A stretch of DNA of 64,000 bases from Candidatus Dadabacteria bacterium (GCA_026705445.1 JAPPAR010000001.1:8030-72029); one strand, 5' to 3'; counted from the first letter of the stretch, positions 29,551-38,978 are shown. Program-made: numbers and translations. The notes: generated by a model from the sequence alone, not told the origin.

Positions 29551-31044
29551 TTGTCCACCGAGATAAAAATAGATGATGAAGACATCGCCCGGGAGATGGA
29601 ACGTTACGTTTCGAATCTCGACAGGGATATCTACACCATAAGCAACATTCCCGAGGAAGTCGTTGCCGTCATCTTCGCCTACGTAAGCAGAAGCCCCAAA
29701 AGTTTCAGGGAAAACATAGACACCGTGATAAGGGAGCAGGAGATGGGGAGGGACAGGGCGGAGAAGTTCCACGAGAAGTGGGTTCTTAACTACGGTCACG
29801 CTTCTGTTGCCGAGCACGCGACCGTGCACATAGGCGTTGAGAGGGTTTCAAGACTTTTCTCTTCCCTGCTTGAATGCGCAAACGAATTCCTCTCGTTTAC
29901 CGAATACTCGCAGAGATACCAGAGACCCCGCAAAGGCGATAACTATATCCCCCAAGAGCTTGACTCGCGCCCAGCCCTTAAAAAAGAGTTCGAGGAGCTT
30001 TGCGATTTTCAGTACGAGGTTTACTCGAGACTCAACACCGAGCTCTTTGATTTTCTGAAAAAAAAGTTTCCCGTTCCCGAAGACAAGGAGGAAAGAGCCC
30101 ATTTCAGGGCGCTTGAGAAAATAGCGTTTGAGGACGCAAGGTACGCCCTTAATCTCTCAACGCTTACGAATCTCGGCATGACGGCAAACGCAAGAGCCAT
30201 GGAGCAGACCATCTCCGCTCTTCTTTCAAGCCGCTACCTTGAGGCAAGAAATAGGGCCGAAGAGATAAAAAGCGAGGTCAGGTTCTCGGTTCCGACGCTT
30301 GTTAAGTACGCCAATGAGAACCCCTACATGGTCAGAACGCGAGAGGCACTCGAGGAGTTCTCGCGTAGTCTCGGCGACGCTGGAAAAAGCGCACCCGGTA
30401 ACGGATCCTCGGTTACTCTTTTTGACTACACGGGGCGGGGAAAGGAAAATCCCCAGGCCGAGGCTTTAAGGGAGATCGCAAGAGGGCTTCTTTTCGAATT
30501 CTCGGGGCTTTCAGTCGGAGATATAGAAAGGCACCTTTCCGAAAGCACCCCGGAGCTCAGGAAGATTTTTCTGATGGCCGTCCAGGAACTCGGAAAGCAC
30601 GACAACCCAGTGGGCATATTCAAATCTATTAACTACAACGCTGAGTTCGTCCTGAGCGAGGCAGCGTGGCATCAGCTGCTCAGGCACAGGAAAGTCAGCT
30701 GGACCATAAAGGAGCCTTCCGTGGGGGAAGGCGTGACGGTTCCACCGCATGTTACGGAATCGGGGACGGAGGAGCTTCTGCTCGAAGCCGTCGGGCGAAG
30801 CGAGCGGTTCTACGGGGAACTCGTTGACGCCGGTTTTCGCGACGTGGCAAGCTACGTTGTCACAAACGCCCACAACAGGAGAGTCTGCGGCAGCTTCGAC
30901 CTCTGGGAGCTGTACCACCTGACGAACCTGCGGATGTCGGAGGGGGCGCAATGGGACATAAAGAACGTCATTGAGCAGCTTGCCCAGGAAACTGACAAAG
31001 TGCACCCGGTCTTTGTTCGTTCCGCTTTGAAAAGGGTTAGCTAA
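29551..31044 (+). CDS. thyX: FAD-dependent thymidylate synthase, tandem two-domain form
   Basis: The first half has GHASVAEHA and SQRY but no RHR. The second half carries LLRHRKVS. The size of about 497 aa is comparable to long pseudo-dimeric ThyX proteins. Confidence 0.65.
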   Translation: MSTEIKIDDEDIAREMERYVSNLDRDIYTISNIPEEVVAVIFAYVSRSPKSFRENIDTVIREQEMGRDRAEKFHEKWVLNYGHASVAEHATVHIGVERVSRLFSSLLECANEFLSFTEYSQRYQRPRKGDNYIPQELDSRPALKKEFEELCDFQYEVYSRLNTELFDFLKKKFPVPEDKEERAHFRALEKIAFEDARYALNLSTLTNLGMTANARAMEQTISALLSSRYLEARNRAEEIKSEVRFSVPTLVKYANENPYMVRTREALEEFSRSLGDAGKSAPGNGSSVTLFDYTGRGKENPQAEALREIARGLLFEFSGLSVGDIERHLSESTPELRKIFLMAVQELGKHDNPVGIFKSINYNAEFVLSEAAWHQLLRHRKVSWTIKEPSVGEGVTVPPHVTESGTEELLLEAVGRSERFYGELVDAGFRDVASYVVTNAHNRRVCGSFDLWELYHLTNLRMSEGAQWDIKNVIEQLAQETDKVHPVFVRSALKRVS

Positions 31045-31065
31045 GAAAGAAAAAGGGGTAGTCTG

Positions 31066-31284
31066 ATGTCGCTTCAGCCTGTAAGAAGATGTGAAGAGTG
31101 CGGTTACGAGACCACGGCGAAAACGGATATATGCCTTTCCTGCGGAGAGAGGATGCGACGCAGGGTGAAAGGTGGGATCAGGGGACTTATTCGAAGCCTG
31201 GTACTTATAGCGGTTGCGATTTACATACTTTTGTCCGCGTTTAAGGTTTTCGGATTATCACTGGCGGTGAGATGCTGTGGCTGA
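31066..31284 (+). CDS. Small zinc-ribbon membrane protein
   Basis: CEECG...CLSCG zinc ribbon followed by one TM helix. 72 aa. Confidence 0.35.
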   Translation: MSLQPVRRCEECGYETTAKTDICLSCGERMRRRVKGGIRGLIRSLVLIAVAIYILLSAFKVFGLSLAVRCCG

Positions 31285-31774
31285 TTCTGAGCACGTCTCG
31301 AAGGTACAAGAGGGTACGGCCGCGTGGAACCGGTGGCGGGTGGAGGAGCCCGATGTTATCCCGGATCTTGGCTGGGCGAATCTTAACGGGATTAACCTTG
31401 ACGGTGCCGTGTTTGCGAAGTCAGCTCTCAAGCTTGCTTTCTGCAAGGGGTGCAGCTTGGTAGGCGTGGATTTTTCCGAGGCGAACATGCGCGGAGTGAA
31501 CCTTGAGGGTTGCGATCTTCGGGGCGCGGTATTCAGGGGCGCCAACCTTGAAGGGGCCCACATGCTGGGCGCTGACCTTACGGGTGCCGATTTCGCCGGA
31601 GCTAACCTCAAGCTTGCGAATTTCGACGGGGCGATTCTCAGGGATGCCAATCTTACCGGCGTGAGGAAATTGCGTGCATCCCAGTTGTTTCATCTCAAGG
31701 ACCTTGGGAATCTCAAGGTTTCAGACGAAATCCTTGAAAAGGTGAAAACTCAGTCTCCGCATCTGTTTGAGTGA
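31277..31774 (+). CDS. Pentapeptide-repeat protein
   Basis: Consecutive A(D/N)LxG pentapeptide repeats (ANLNGINLDGAVF...GANLEGAHMLGADLTGADFAGANL). Confidence 0.7.
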   Translation: MADSEHVSKVQEGTAAWNRWRVEEPDVIPDLGWANLNGINLDGAVFAKSALKLAFCKGCSLVGVDFSEANMRGVNLEGCDLRGAVFRGANLEGAHMLGADLTGADFAGANLKLANFDGAILRDANLTGVRKLRASQLFHLKDLGNLKVSDEILEKVKTQSPHLFE

Positions 31775-31848
31775 CTTTTCCCTCATCTTTTAACTGTTTT
31801 CCGTTTCGTGTCTTGCCAACGTCTGCCCGACCGATTAATTTACGTTTA

Positions 31849-33003
31849 AGAATGGACAGGAAAATCTACAGCGTATCGGAACTCAATTCCTCGATAAAGG
31901 ATGCGATTGAACTTGAGTTCGGCGGGGAGACGGTATGGGTCGCAGGGGAGATTTCCGGTTTCAAGGGGCATTACGCAAGTGGCCACTGGTATTTCTCCCT
32001 GAAGGACAAGCAGAGCCAGATCTCCGCAGTCTGCTTCAGAGGTAGTAACCAGCAGATAAAGTTTGTACCGGAGAACGGGATGGACGTCATCTGCGCCGCG
32101 CGCGTTGGAGTTTATGAGAAAGACGGCAAGTACCAGTTGTACGTAAGCGCGATGGAGCCGAAGGGAGTGGGTGCCGACGCGCTCGCGCTTGAAAAACTCA
32201 AGCAGAAGCTTTTCGAAGAAGGACTTTTTGACGACTCGAAAAAACGCCCCCTTCCTTTTCTCTCCCGCAGAATAGGGGTAGTTACCTCTCCTTCGGGAGC
32301 TGCCGTGAGGGACTTTCTCAAAGTCGTATACAGGAGGTTTCCTAATGTTGAGGTTGTTATTTCCCCCGCAAGCGTTCAGGGAGATAGCGCCCCGGCCGAG
32401 ATAACAAGAGCTCTTGATAGGCTCTACGGCATGGATGACCTCGATCTTATAGTTGTAACTAGGGGAGGGGGATCGAAAGAGGATCTCAGGGCCTTTAACG
32501 ACGAGGGGATTGCGAGAAAAATTGCTTCTTCCCCCTTTCCAGTGATCTCTGCCGTGGGTCACGAGGTGGACATGACTATAGCTGACCTGGTATCCGATGT
32601 GAGAGCAGCTACCCCTTCAGTAGCCGCGGAATTTGCCGTAAGGGAAAAAGGAGAAATCCTCGAAAACCTGGCACAACTTCGCCTTAGGTTAAGCCGTTCC
32701 CTCACGAACCGTGTCGATATGTTCTCCATGCAGCTTGACAGGCTCGCAGCTGGTTTCAGGCATCATATGACCTCGCGGATCGAGAACCTTGAACGACGCA
32801 TCGAAAATTACTCCGGGAAACTTACCTCCCTGAACCCTTTCAGCGTTCTTGAGAGGGGGTACGCCATAGTCTCAAAAGAAGAAAGCGGAGAGATAGTGCA
32901 GGATTCCCGGACGCTTGAACTCAAGGAAAAACTGGTTTTAAGGCTGAGCAAGGGCAGGGCGTTTTGCAGCGTTGAGGGAACGGAGAACGAACCGCAGGTC
33001 TGA
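31849..33003 (+). CDS. xseA: Exodeoxyribonuclease VII large subunit
   Basis: N-terminal OB-fold pattern (YSVSELNSSIKDAIE...VWVAGEISGFKGHYASGHWYFSLKD) and a C-terminal coiled coil. The ATG at 31849 is chosen. Confidence 0.85.
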   Translation, partial: RMDRKIYSVSELNSSIKDAIELEFGGETVWVAGEISGFKGHYASGHWYFSLKDKQSQISAVCFRGSNQQIKFVPENGMDVICAARVGVYEKDGKYQLYVSAMEPKGVGADALALEKLKQKLFEEGLFDDSKKRPLPFLSRRIGVVTSPSGAAVRDFLKVVYRRFPNVEVVISPASVQGDSAPAEITRALDRLYGMDDLDLIVVTRGGGSKEDLRAFNDEGIARKIASSPFPVISAVGHEVDMTIADLVSDVRAATPSVAAEFAVREKGEILENLAQLRLRLSRSLTNRVDMFSMQLDRLAAGFRHHMTSRIENLERRIENYSGKLTSLNPFSVLERGYAIVSKEESGEIVQDSRTLELKEKLVLRLSKGRAFCSVEGTENEPQV

Positions 33004-33006
33004 TCT

Positions 33007-34002
33007 TCAGGGAACGACCGAAAGACTGTTAAGCTTGACGACGGATATGTTCTGCGCAAGCAGCAGGTCCCTTGTTCTCTCTGGCGGCAGGGCATCTGTA
33101 AGCAGAAGCCTTATTCTTCCTCCGAGATCGCTTCTGAGATTTCCTCCCGAACCGTTTTCGCCCTGGAGACTGTTAACGACATTTTCGATCTCGGCACCCG
33201 GAAGAAGAAGCATAACCGGCATTATCTCGGGAACATCGAGGAAAAAGTCTTCGGTGCCTTCCGCAATGGCTCCCCTGGCTGAGGTCTGCAGGTTAAGCAA
33301 GTTGGCGAATTTGGAAAAAGAACCGTAGCCGGGAAGGTAGGAGAATGTCTGATCTTCGACTGAGATTTCTCCCAATTCCTGTTCTGAGAGGCGCAGGAGA
33401 TCGAGTATGTCTCCATGGGAAAAGGTTTTACTCTCGGCCGCCGCTGCCCCCGCGTCAAATATTACGGCTGGGGAGTCTTCTTTTACCGAGCTTCCAATCG
33501 CGCTTATTTCGTCCTTGAGCTTTTTCCTGCCGAGAAAGCCGAATTTTACAACGTTCGAGTAGCTGACTGTCTTTCCCTCCACGGGAATCTTTTCGTTTGC
33601 GCTTAGAAAAACCTTTTCTATTTTTTCTCCGAGCGCCGAGGTCTCGACGAGTTCTCGCGCCTCAGCCGCGCTTGCGCAAAGAAAAAAGCAGTTTCCGGAT
33701 GAGTTCACAAGGATTTCCCTTGCTTCCTTCATGTTCCTCGCGGGAAGACAGATTCCTCCCAGCGCGAATACCGCCAGTTCGAAAAAAAGACACGCCAGTG
33801 TATTGGGCGAGAGAACAACGATTCTGCTCCCCGTTGAGAAGCCCGAATTCAGAAGAAAGCAGGCTATGCTTTCAACCTCGGTGACAAGATCGGGCCAGGT
33901 GATCTGTTTCCAGCTCCATCCGTCTTTTTTCTGAAACAGCAATCTTGAGCCGTTTTCCTTTGTCCTTCGTACGAGAAAATTGCGGAAGTTCCTTTCGTTC
34001 AT
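33007..34002 (-). CDS. Acyl-CoA synthetase (AMP-binding) N-terminal-like protein, truncated and with a degenerate P-loop
   Basis: The N-terminal region resembles ANL-superfamily enzymes (WKQITWPDL...GSRIVVLSPNTLAC). The TSGTTGxPKG P-loop position reads DAGAAAAESKT. Only 331 aa, compared with the usual 500 or more. Confidence 0.35.
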   Translation of the reverse strand: MNERNFRNFLVRRTKENGSRLLFQKKDGWSWKQITWPDLVTEVESIACFLLNSGFSTGSRIVVLSPNTLACLFFELAVFALGGICLPARNMKEAREILVNSSGNCFFLCASAAEARELVETSALGEKIEKVFLSANEKIPVEGKTVSYSNVVKFGFLGRKKLKDEISAIGSSVKEDSPAVIFDAGAAAAESKTFSHGDILDLLRLSEQELGEISVEDQTFSYLPGYGSFSKFANLLNLQTSARGAIAEGTEDFFLDVPEIMPVMLLLPGAEIENVVNSLQGENGSGGNLRSDLGGRIRLLLTDALPPERTRDLLLAQNISVVKLNSLSVVP

Positions 34003-34089
34003 TCTTGTCCGGACCGCCTTTGCGGATTGTGATTCGGGTAGAATTAAAAACTATAATTTAACCGTTTTGCAGGCCATGGTGGCGAATTT

Positions 34090-35436
34090 ATGAAAAGGGA
34101 ACTTGATTTCGAGAAGAAAAATTTCGCGGGGGCGCTTGAAATCGTAAAGACTCTCGGGGAGAGAGGATACGAGGCTTTCTTCGTGGGCGGCTGCGTGCGC
34201 GACGCCCTGCTCGGCGTTGAGTGCGACGAGATTGATATAGCGACAAGCGCGACTCCGGAGCAGGTGCAGCAGGCGTTTTCAAAGACCGTGGCGGTGGGGA
34301 AGAGCTTCGGCGTGGTGCTGGTGATAAAAGGAGACATGAAGTTCGAGGTTGCCACCTTCAGGAAGGAATCGAGTTACGGTGACGGAAGGCACCCGGAACA
34401 CGTCGATTACACGAAAAGTGCGCAAGAAGACGTCCGCAGAAGGGATTTTACGATAAACGGGATGCTCTACGATCCAGTTTCTGGGGAGCTCTACGATTAC
34501 GTGGGTGGTATCGGGGACCTTGAGCGGAGGCTTGTCAGGACCATAGGAGATCCCGAGGAAAGGTTCGGTGAGGACAGGCTTAGAATGATTAGAGCGGTGC
34601 GGTTCGCTTCATGTCTTGATTTTGAGCTTGACGGAGAAGCCCTTTCCGCTATACGCGACAAGGCCGCCGCGATATCCGTTGTGAGCGGGGAGAGAATACG
34701 TGAAGAACTCGTCAAGATACTCACCCGCCGGAATCCGGGGAACGGACTCAGGCTTCTTAGCTCCAGCGGTCTTCTTGAACATTTTCTCCCGGAAGTCGAA
34801 TGTATGCACGGAGTTCGCCAGCCCCCTCAGTTCCATCCCGAGGGAGACGTGTTTGAGCATACCTGCCTTATAATGGACATGCTCTACGGCAACACCGACG
34901 GTCTCTACTCGGAGGAGCTTGCCGTCGCCGCGCTTCTCCATGACGTTGGCAAGCCGCCTACTTACAGCGAGTCTGACAGGATAAGGTTCAACGGACACGA
35001 CAGGGTAGGGGCCAGGATGTCTGAAGGCATCTGCAGGAGGCTAAGATTCTCCAAAAAGCAGATAAAGAGAATTTCCGAGCTTATCCTTGAGCATCTTAAG
35101 TTCAAGGATGTTTTCAACATGAGAGAAAGCACTCTTAAAAGGTTTCTTTCCCTTCCGTATTTTGAGGAGCACATGCAGATGCATCTTGCTGACTGCATGG
35201 CAAGTCACGGACAAACCGACGCTTACGATTTCATCAGGGAAAAGATGGAAGAGTATGGAAGGGAGGAAATAAAACCCCCGCCGCTTCTCAGCGGACAGGA
35301 TCTTATAGGTCTCGGATATTCTCCCGGTCCCGTTTTTTCGGAAATACTGGGAAAGGTGGAAGAACTCCAGCTTGAAAACAGGCTTGTCTCGAAAGAGGAA
35401 GCTCTAGATTTTGTACTGAAGAATTACCCAAAATAG
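34090..35436 (+). CDS. cca: CCA tRNA nucleotidyltransferase with HD domain
   Basis: PolyA-polymerase head domain (FFVGGCVRDALLG...DIDIAT) plus a C-terminal HD region (LLHDVGKP). Confidence 0.85.
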   Translation: MKRELDFEKKNFAGALEIVKTLGERGYEAFFVGGCVRDALLGVECDEIDIATSATPEQVQQAFSKTVAVGKSFGVVLVIKGDMKFEVATFRKESSYGDGRHPEHVDYTKSAQEDVRRRDFTINGMLYDPVSGELYDYVGGIGDLERRLVRTIGDPEERFGEDRLRMIRAVRFASCLDFELDGEALSAIRDKAAAISVVSGERIREELVKILTRRNPGNGLRLLSSSGLLEHFLPEVECMHGVRQPPQFHPEGDVFEHTCLIMDMLYGNTDGLYSEELAVAALLHDVGKPPTYSESDRIRFNGHDRVGARMSEGICRRLRFSKKQIKRISELILEHLKFKDVFNMRESTLKRFLSLPYFEEHMQMHLADCMASHGQTDAYDFIREKMEEYGREEIKPPPLLSGQDLIGLGYSPGPVFSEILGKVEELQLENRLVSKEEALDFVLKNYPK

Positions 35437-35531
35437 CCGCGGCTGGCGGTTACGGTTCAAGTTTCGCTTACAATCCGGATAATTTTTCCTGTCTATCCTG
35501 CATGAAGCCGCATGATTCGCTTGTTAATGTT

Positions 35532-36752
35532 TTAACTGCTTCGGATTGCCGTGGCGTAGATATCCATATCCCTGGAGTTCATACCTAACCGACGTGCTGT
35601 GCTTTGCCAGCTTTTCAGAGCAGCCGATATTTCATCAATTATTGCCTCGGCCTGTTTTTTTTTCAGACCGAAAAACGGTGCTGCCTCTCGTGCCAGATCG
35701 AGATCGGCTTCAGGCCCTTGTTCCGAGATCCAGGTTGTAAGTTCCCGGGCTTTTTCCGCAAGTGGTACGGGATTCAGGTCGTAGGCGGGCGAGAGACGCC
35801 ATCTGCTGTTGCGGTCGTAAAGGAATCCGTGGTTGCGCAGGTGATCATCGAGGTTGCCAATAAGAACATTGAAAACAACCCTTTTCCAGAGTTCGTTCAG
35901 GTCTTGCGTCGGCGAACTCGAATACATGCGTATGATCTCCGCGATGTCGGTGTAAGTTCCTTCGTCTCCGTCGTTCAGCCCTAGAAGGCTCATGGCCGAG
36001 AGAAACGGGATACGTTGGTTTCTCACTCGGTCAAAGCGTCGAATCAGTGCCACTGGCCGGCCGACAACATCCAGCAGCCTGGCGTCTGCCACGGTTAGCC
36101 CCACTTGGCGTGCCAAAGTCATCGCCAGCACCTCTCCATGCGGTATGCTCCTGTCGTCATCGGGTTTTGGAAACTTGGCGATTGCCAGAGAACCGTCTTT
36201 GTCCTCTACCGCGGATTTGGGGCGGGCGCCGCCGAGCGGGGAGCCTTCATTCAAAAGCAATTTAAGATCTTCTGCCGTTTCAGTATTGGTATGCACCGCA
36301 TCAGCCGCGTTGATAAGTGCCGGCAACTGGATCAGGGGAGGTACACGAAAATTGGCGATATGATGATCAAAAGAGTCTTCTCCCTCGCGTCTGAAGCGCA
36401 GCGCGCCGATACGCGTATGATCCGTGACCCCTAGCAGGTAATCGATTTCTGAAAGGGTTCGCCTTTCCCCAGCTTTACCGAGGGCGCGTCTGATAAGTTG
36501 CCTGCCCCACCGATCGGGTGCCGCGTCACGGAGCGCTCCCGGCAGCGCAGATTTATCTGAAGAAGTGTAAAACGCTCCTTCCCGGAGCGGCAGGTTCTCA
36601 GGATCAATCGCAAAAGCGTTTGTTCCACGGAGCCATTCGTCTGCGTATTCGAACGCCGAACTTTGGCTGTGACGCCTGTTGATATAGCGAAGGCGTCCTA
36701 CAATGCTGGTGCCGTCGGGCGTATCAATATGGACTTCGATCGTCTCACTCAT
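35532..36752 (-). CDS. hipA: Type II toxin HipA (Ser/Thr kinase family)
   Basis: 406 aa with HipA N- and C-domain patterns. It is preceded by an HTH gene with an ATGA overlap. Confidence 0.8.
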   Translation of the reverse strand: MSETIEVHIDTPDGTSIVGRLRYINRRHSQSSAFEYADEWLRGTNAFAIDPENLPLREGAFYTSSDKSALPGALRDAAPDRWGRQLIRRALGKAGERRTLSEIDYLLGVTDHTRIGALRFRREGEDSFDHHIANFRVPPLIQLPALINAADAVHTNTETAEDLKLLLNEGSPLGGARPKSAVEDKDGSLAIAKFPKPDDDRSIPHGEVLAMTLARQVGLTVADARLLDVVGRPVALIRRFDRVRNQRIPFLSAMSLLGLNDGDEGTYTDIAEIIRMYSSSPTQDLNELWKRVVFNVLIGNLDDHLRNHGFLYDRNSRWRLSPAYDLNPVPLAEKARELTTWISEQGPEADLDLAREAAPFFGLKKKQAEAIIDEISAALKSWQSTARRLGMNSRDMDIYATAIRSS

Positions 36753-37090
36753 CAGCGAATCCTTCTGCTTACTCTGCGAACAGGCATGATTTTCTTGGGC
36801 AGGTGGTCCTCGTCAAGATCGAGACCCAGAGGGTCATTGATGCGGTCGGCGACTTCAGCCAGACCTCCGGCAAGACCAAGGATAGCCAAAACCGTCGCAT
36901 AGATGCCCATTGAGACCGTGGGATCACCTTTTTCAACCTTGTAAAGCGTGGAGCGGCTGATGAAGGCACGTTCCGCCATTGAGACCGTCGAAATGCGGCG
37001 TTTCTTGCGCGCAACGACTATATCTGCGCCGAGTTTCACTAAAGCTTGTCGCGCTGCCCGGGGAAGTGTTTCTGGTGCTTGCGATTTCAT
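36752..37090 (-). CDS. hipB: XRE-family HTH antitoxin HipB
   Basis: 112 aa with an HTH motif (ISTVSMAERAFISRSTLYKVEKG). The stop overlaps the hipA start. Confidence 0.7.
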   Translation of the reverse strand: MKSQAPETLPRAARQALVKLGADIVVARKKRRISTVSMAERAFISRSTLYKVEKGDPTVSMGIYATVLAILGLAGGLAEVADRINDPLGLDLDEDHLPKKIMPVRRVSRRIR

Positions 37091-37139
37091 TGTCTTATAT
37101 TATTACCAATTAATGCTTATTTGTCTATAATATAAGACA
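37091..37139. promoter_or_regulatory. Putative HipB operator/promoter: a perfect 13-bp inverted repeat, TGTCTTATATTAT-N23-ATAATATAAGACA
   Basis: The repeat begins immediately upstream of the hipB start codon. It contains TATAAT-like sequences. Confidence 0.5.
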
Positions 37140-37254
37140 ATAAATTAAAAAGAGAAGTTATAGTTGTATTGATAGACTTATGATTGGAGTTGGAAAGCTT
37201 TTTCGCAAGCTATACTATATCTTGCGGGTGGTCTGCACAGGAGGCACCGCTGGT

Positions 37255-37293
37255 ACAAAAAAGGCAAGACCCGCAAATAACGGGTCCTTTTTG
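37255..37293. terminator. Bidirectional rho-independent terminator (GACCCG-caaataa-CGGGTC flanked by A/T runs)
   Basis: A 6-bp GC-rich stem with TTTTT on the + strand and TTTTTT on the - strand. It lies downstream of atpE, which is on the - strand. Confidence 0.55.
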
Positions 37294-37320
37294 CGTAGCG
37301 GGCCGTGAAAAAACAGCAGG

Positions 37321-37366
37321 TAATAATAAGACGGGGAATAACCTTTTTGCTGTGGTATTCCCCGTC
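37321..37366 (-). terminator. Second hairpin (GACGGGGAATA...TATTCCCCGTC) directly after the atpE stop
   Basis: 11-bp inverted repeat with a 15-nt loop, followed on the - strand by a T-rich tract. Confidence 0.35.
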
Positions 37367-37381
37367 TTTATCTTATGTGCG

Positions 37382-37708
37382 TCAGATTTTTCCCTGAAGC
37401 AGAAACGCTATCAGCAGGGCGTAGATTACCAGAGACTCGATCAGGGCGAGACCGATAATCATGGGCGTCTGGATCTTCGCGGAAGCTCCGGGATTTCTGG
37501 CTATGCCGTCAACAGCAGAAGCCGTGGCGAGTCCCTGACCTACTCCCGCAACGCCTGCGGCTATACCTATGCCTACTCCGGCGCCGATTCCAAGCCCCAT
37601 CTTCGCCAGTTCTCCTAAGCCCCCCTCAGTCGCGGCGAACGCGTCGGGAACGAAAGCACCGAACGAAGCCAGTGCCGCAAGACCTATAAAAGAAAACAAC
37701 CTTTTCAT
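37382..37708 (-). CDS. atpE: F0F1 ATP synthase subunit c
   Basis: Glycine-rich TM1 ([22 protein letters not shown]) and a TM2 carboxylate region. The true start may be internal. Confidence 0.85.
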   Translation of the reverse strand: MKRLFSFIGLAALASFGAFVPDAFAATEGGLGELAKMGLGIGAGVGIGIAAGVAGVGQGLATASAVDGIARNPGASAKIQTPMIIGLALIESLVIYALLIAFLLQGKI

Positions 37709-37729
37709 TTCTTACCTCCTGAATTTATG

Positions 37730-38419
37730 TCAGTGTTCATGCGCTTCGGCAAGCGCGATATATATGGTCGAAAGTATAGTGAATATAAAAGCCTGCAAAA
37801 AAGATACGAAAATACCTAGTCCCACGAAAGCCATGGGAATCAGTATATGCGTGAGGTTGGTAAACACTCCGAGCACCATGTGGTCGCCTGTTATGTTCAT
37901 GAAAAGCCTGAGGGATAGTGACAGAGGCCTTACCAGATGGCTTATAACCTCGATGATCAGCATAAGTGGCGCGAGGAAAATTACCGGGCCCAGAAAATGC
38001 TTGATGTAACCGAGCCCGTGCTCCCTTATTCCGTAGTAGTTGTACATGACGAATATGAGAAGCGAGCACGCTACGGTGGTGTTCAGATTTCCGGTCGGCG
38101 GAAGAAAACCCGGGATCATTCCCAGCAGGTTCGCAAACAGTATGAAGAAAAACGACCCGGCTAGAAGCGGGAAGTACTTCTTCGCCTTTTCACGGGATCC
38201 GAAAACGTTTTCGATCGTGTTGAAAAGAAACTCAAGCCCCACGAGTTCGAAGAAAATGTTCATCGACGGCTTCTCTTCGGGGATTACGGACTCTTCCCTA
38301 GAATAATGCTTTGTTACCCTCAGGCCGACAAACAGTATGAACAGGAGTACCAGCACTCCGCCCAGAATATGGTCGTATTCTATGAGACCGGCGAGGGAAA
38401 ACCAGCTGAAATGTTCCAT
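37730..38419 (-). CDS. atpB: F0F1 ATP synthase subunit a
   Basis: Conserved R-containing helix (SLSLRLFMNITGDH) and multi-TM topology. Confidence 0.85.
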   Translation of the reverse strand: MEHFSWFSLAGLIEYDHILGGVLVLLFILFVGLRVTKHYSREESVIPEEKPSMNIFFELVGLEFLFNTIENVFGSREKAKKYFPLLAGSFFFILFANLLGMIPGFLPPTGNLNTTVACSLLIFVMYNYYGIREHGLGYIKHFLGPVIFLAPLMLIIEVISHLVRPLSLSLRLFMNITGDHMVLGVFTNLTHILIPMAFVGLGIFVSFLQAFIFTILSTIYIALAEAHEH

Positions 38420-38421
38420 GT

Positions 38422-38763
38422 CTAACCCTTCAAACCTTTACCTATTATTACTATCACCACGGAAGTTAAGCCTATCATTAAACCATAAATATTCAGTTTT
38501 GCAAATACGAGTAAAACCGTTATTATCGCAAGCAGCGCGAGCATTTTCATGACTAGTATGAACATGGAAAACGCAAGTGAATATCTTTTTTCCGCAAGCG
38601 CCTTTACGACGAATCTTATGGCTACGTAATCGAGCAGAAAAAGGACCCCCGCAACCGCTATGGCCACCGCCATTTCCCTTTCTCCGATGGCGATATTCAC
38701 GACGAAAAGAAGCGCCGTTACGGCCAGGGACAGTTTCTCAACGCCGAAATCAAGGTTTTTCAT
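38422..38763 (-). CDS. ATP synthase protein I-like small membrane protein
   Basis: 113 aa with three to four hydrophobic helices. It lies immediately upstream of atpB in the same orientation. Confidence 0.45.
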   Translation of the reverse strand: MKNLDFGVEKLSLAVTALLFVVNIAIGEREMAVAIAVAGVLFLLDYVAIRFVVKALAEKRYSLAFSMFILVMKMLALLAIITVLLVFAKLNIYGLMIGLTSVVIVIIGKGLKG

Positions 38764-38960
38764 CGTTTCCGTCTTTTCTTTCCTGCCTCAGTTTGAGTGT
38801 CCGTAAAAGCAGGGTCAGTCCCGCTATCACTCCGCACACAAGACCTAGCAGGGTAAAGAAAGGGAAAGCGGTGTCAAGTTTTCCGTCGATGTAGTCGCCG
38901 AGGAAGAGCCCCGCTATGACGGAAAAAGCGAACTCAATTCCGATTACAACGAAAAAAAGC
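38749..38960 (-). CDS. AtpZ/AtpR-like small membrane protein; no ATG, GTG or TTG start is present, so the start codon is uncertain
   Basis: Manual translation of the - strand gives ...FAFSVIAGLFLGDYIDGKLDTAFPFFTLLGLVCGVIAGLTLLLR..., which matches the AtpZ GxxLD pattern. The stop overlaps the downstream ATG. It is absent from the ORF table. Confidence 0.3.
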
Positions 38961-38978
38961 CAGTTAGGATTTCTGATT

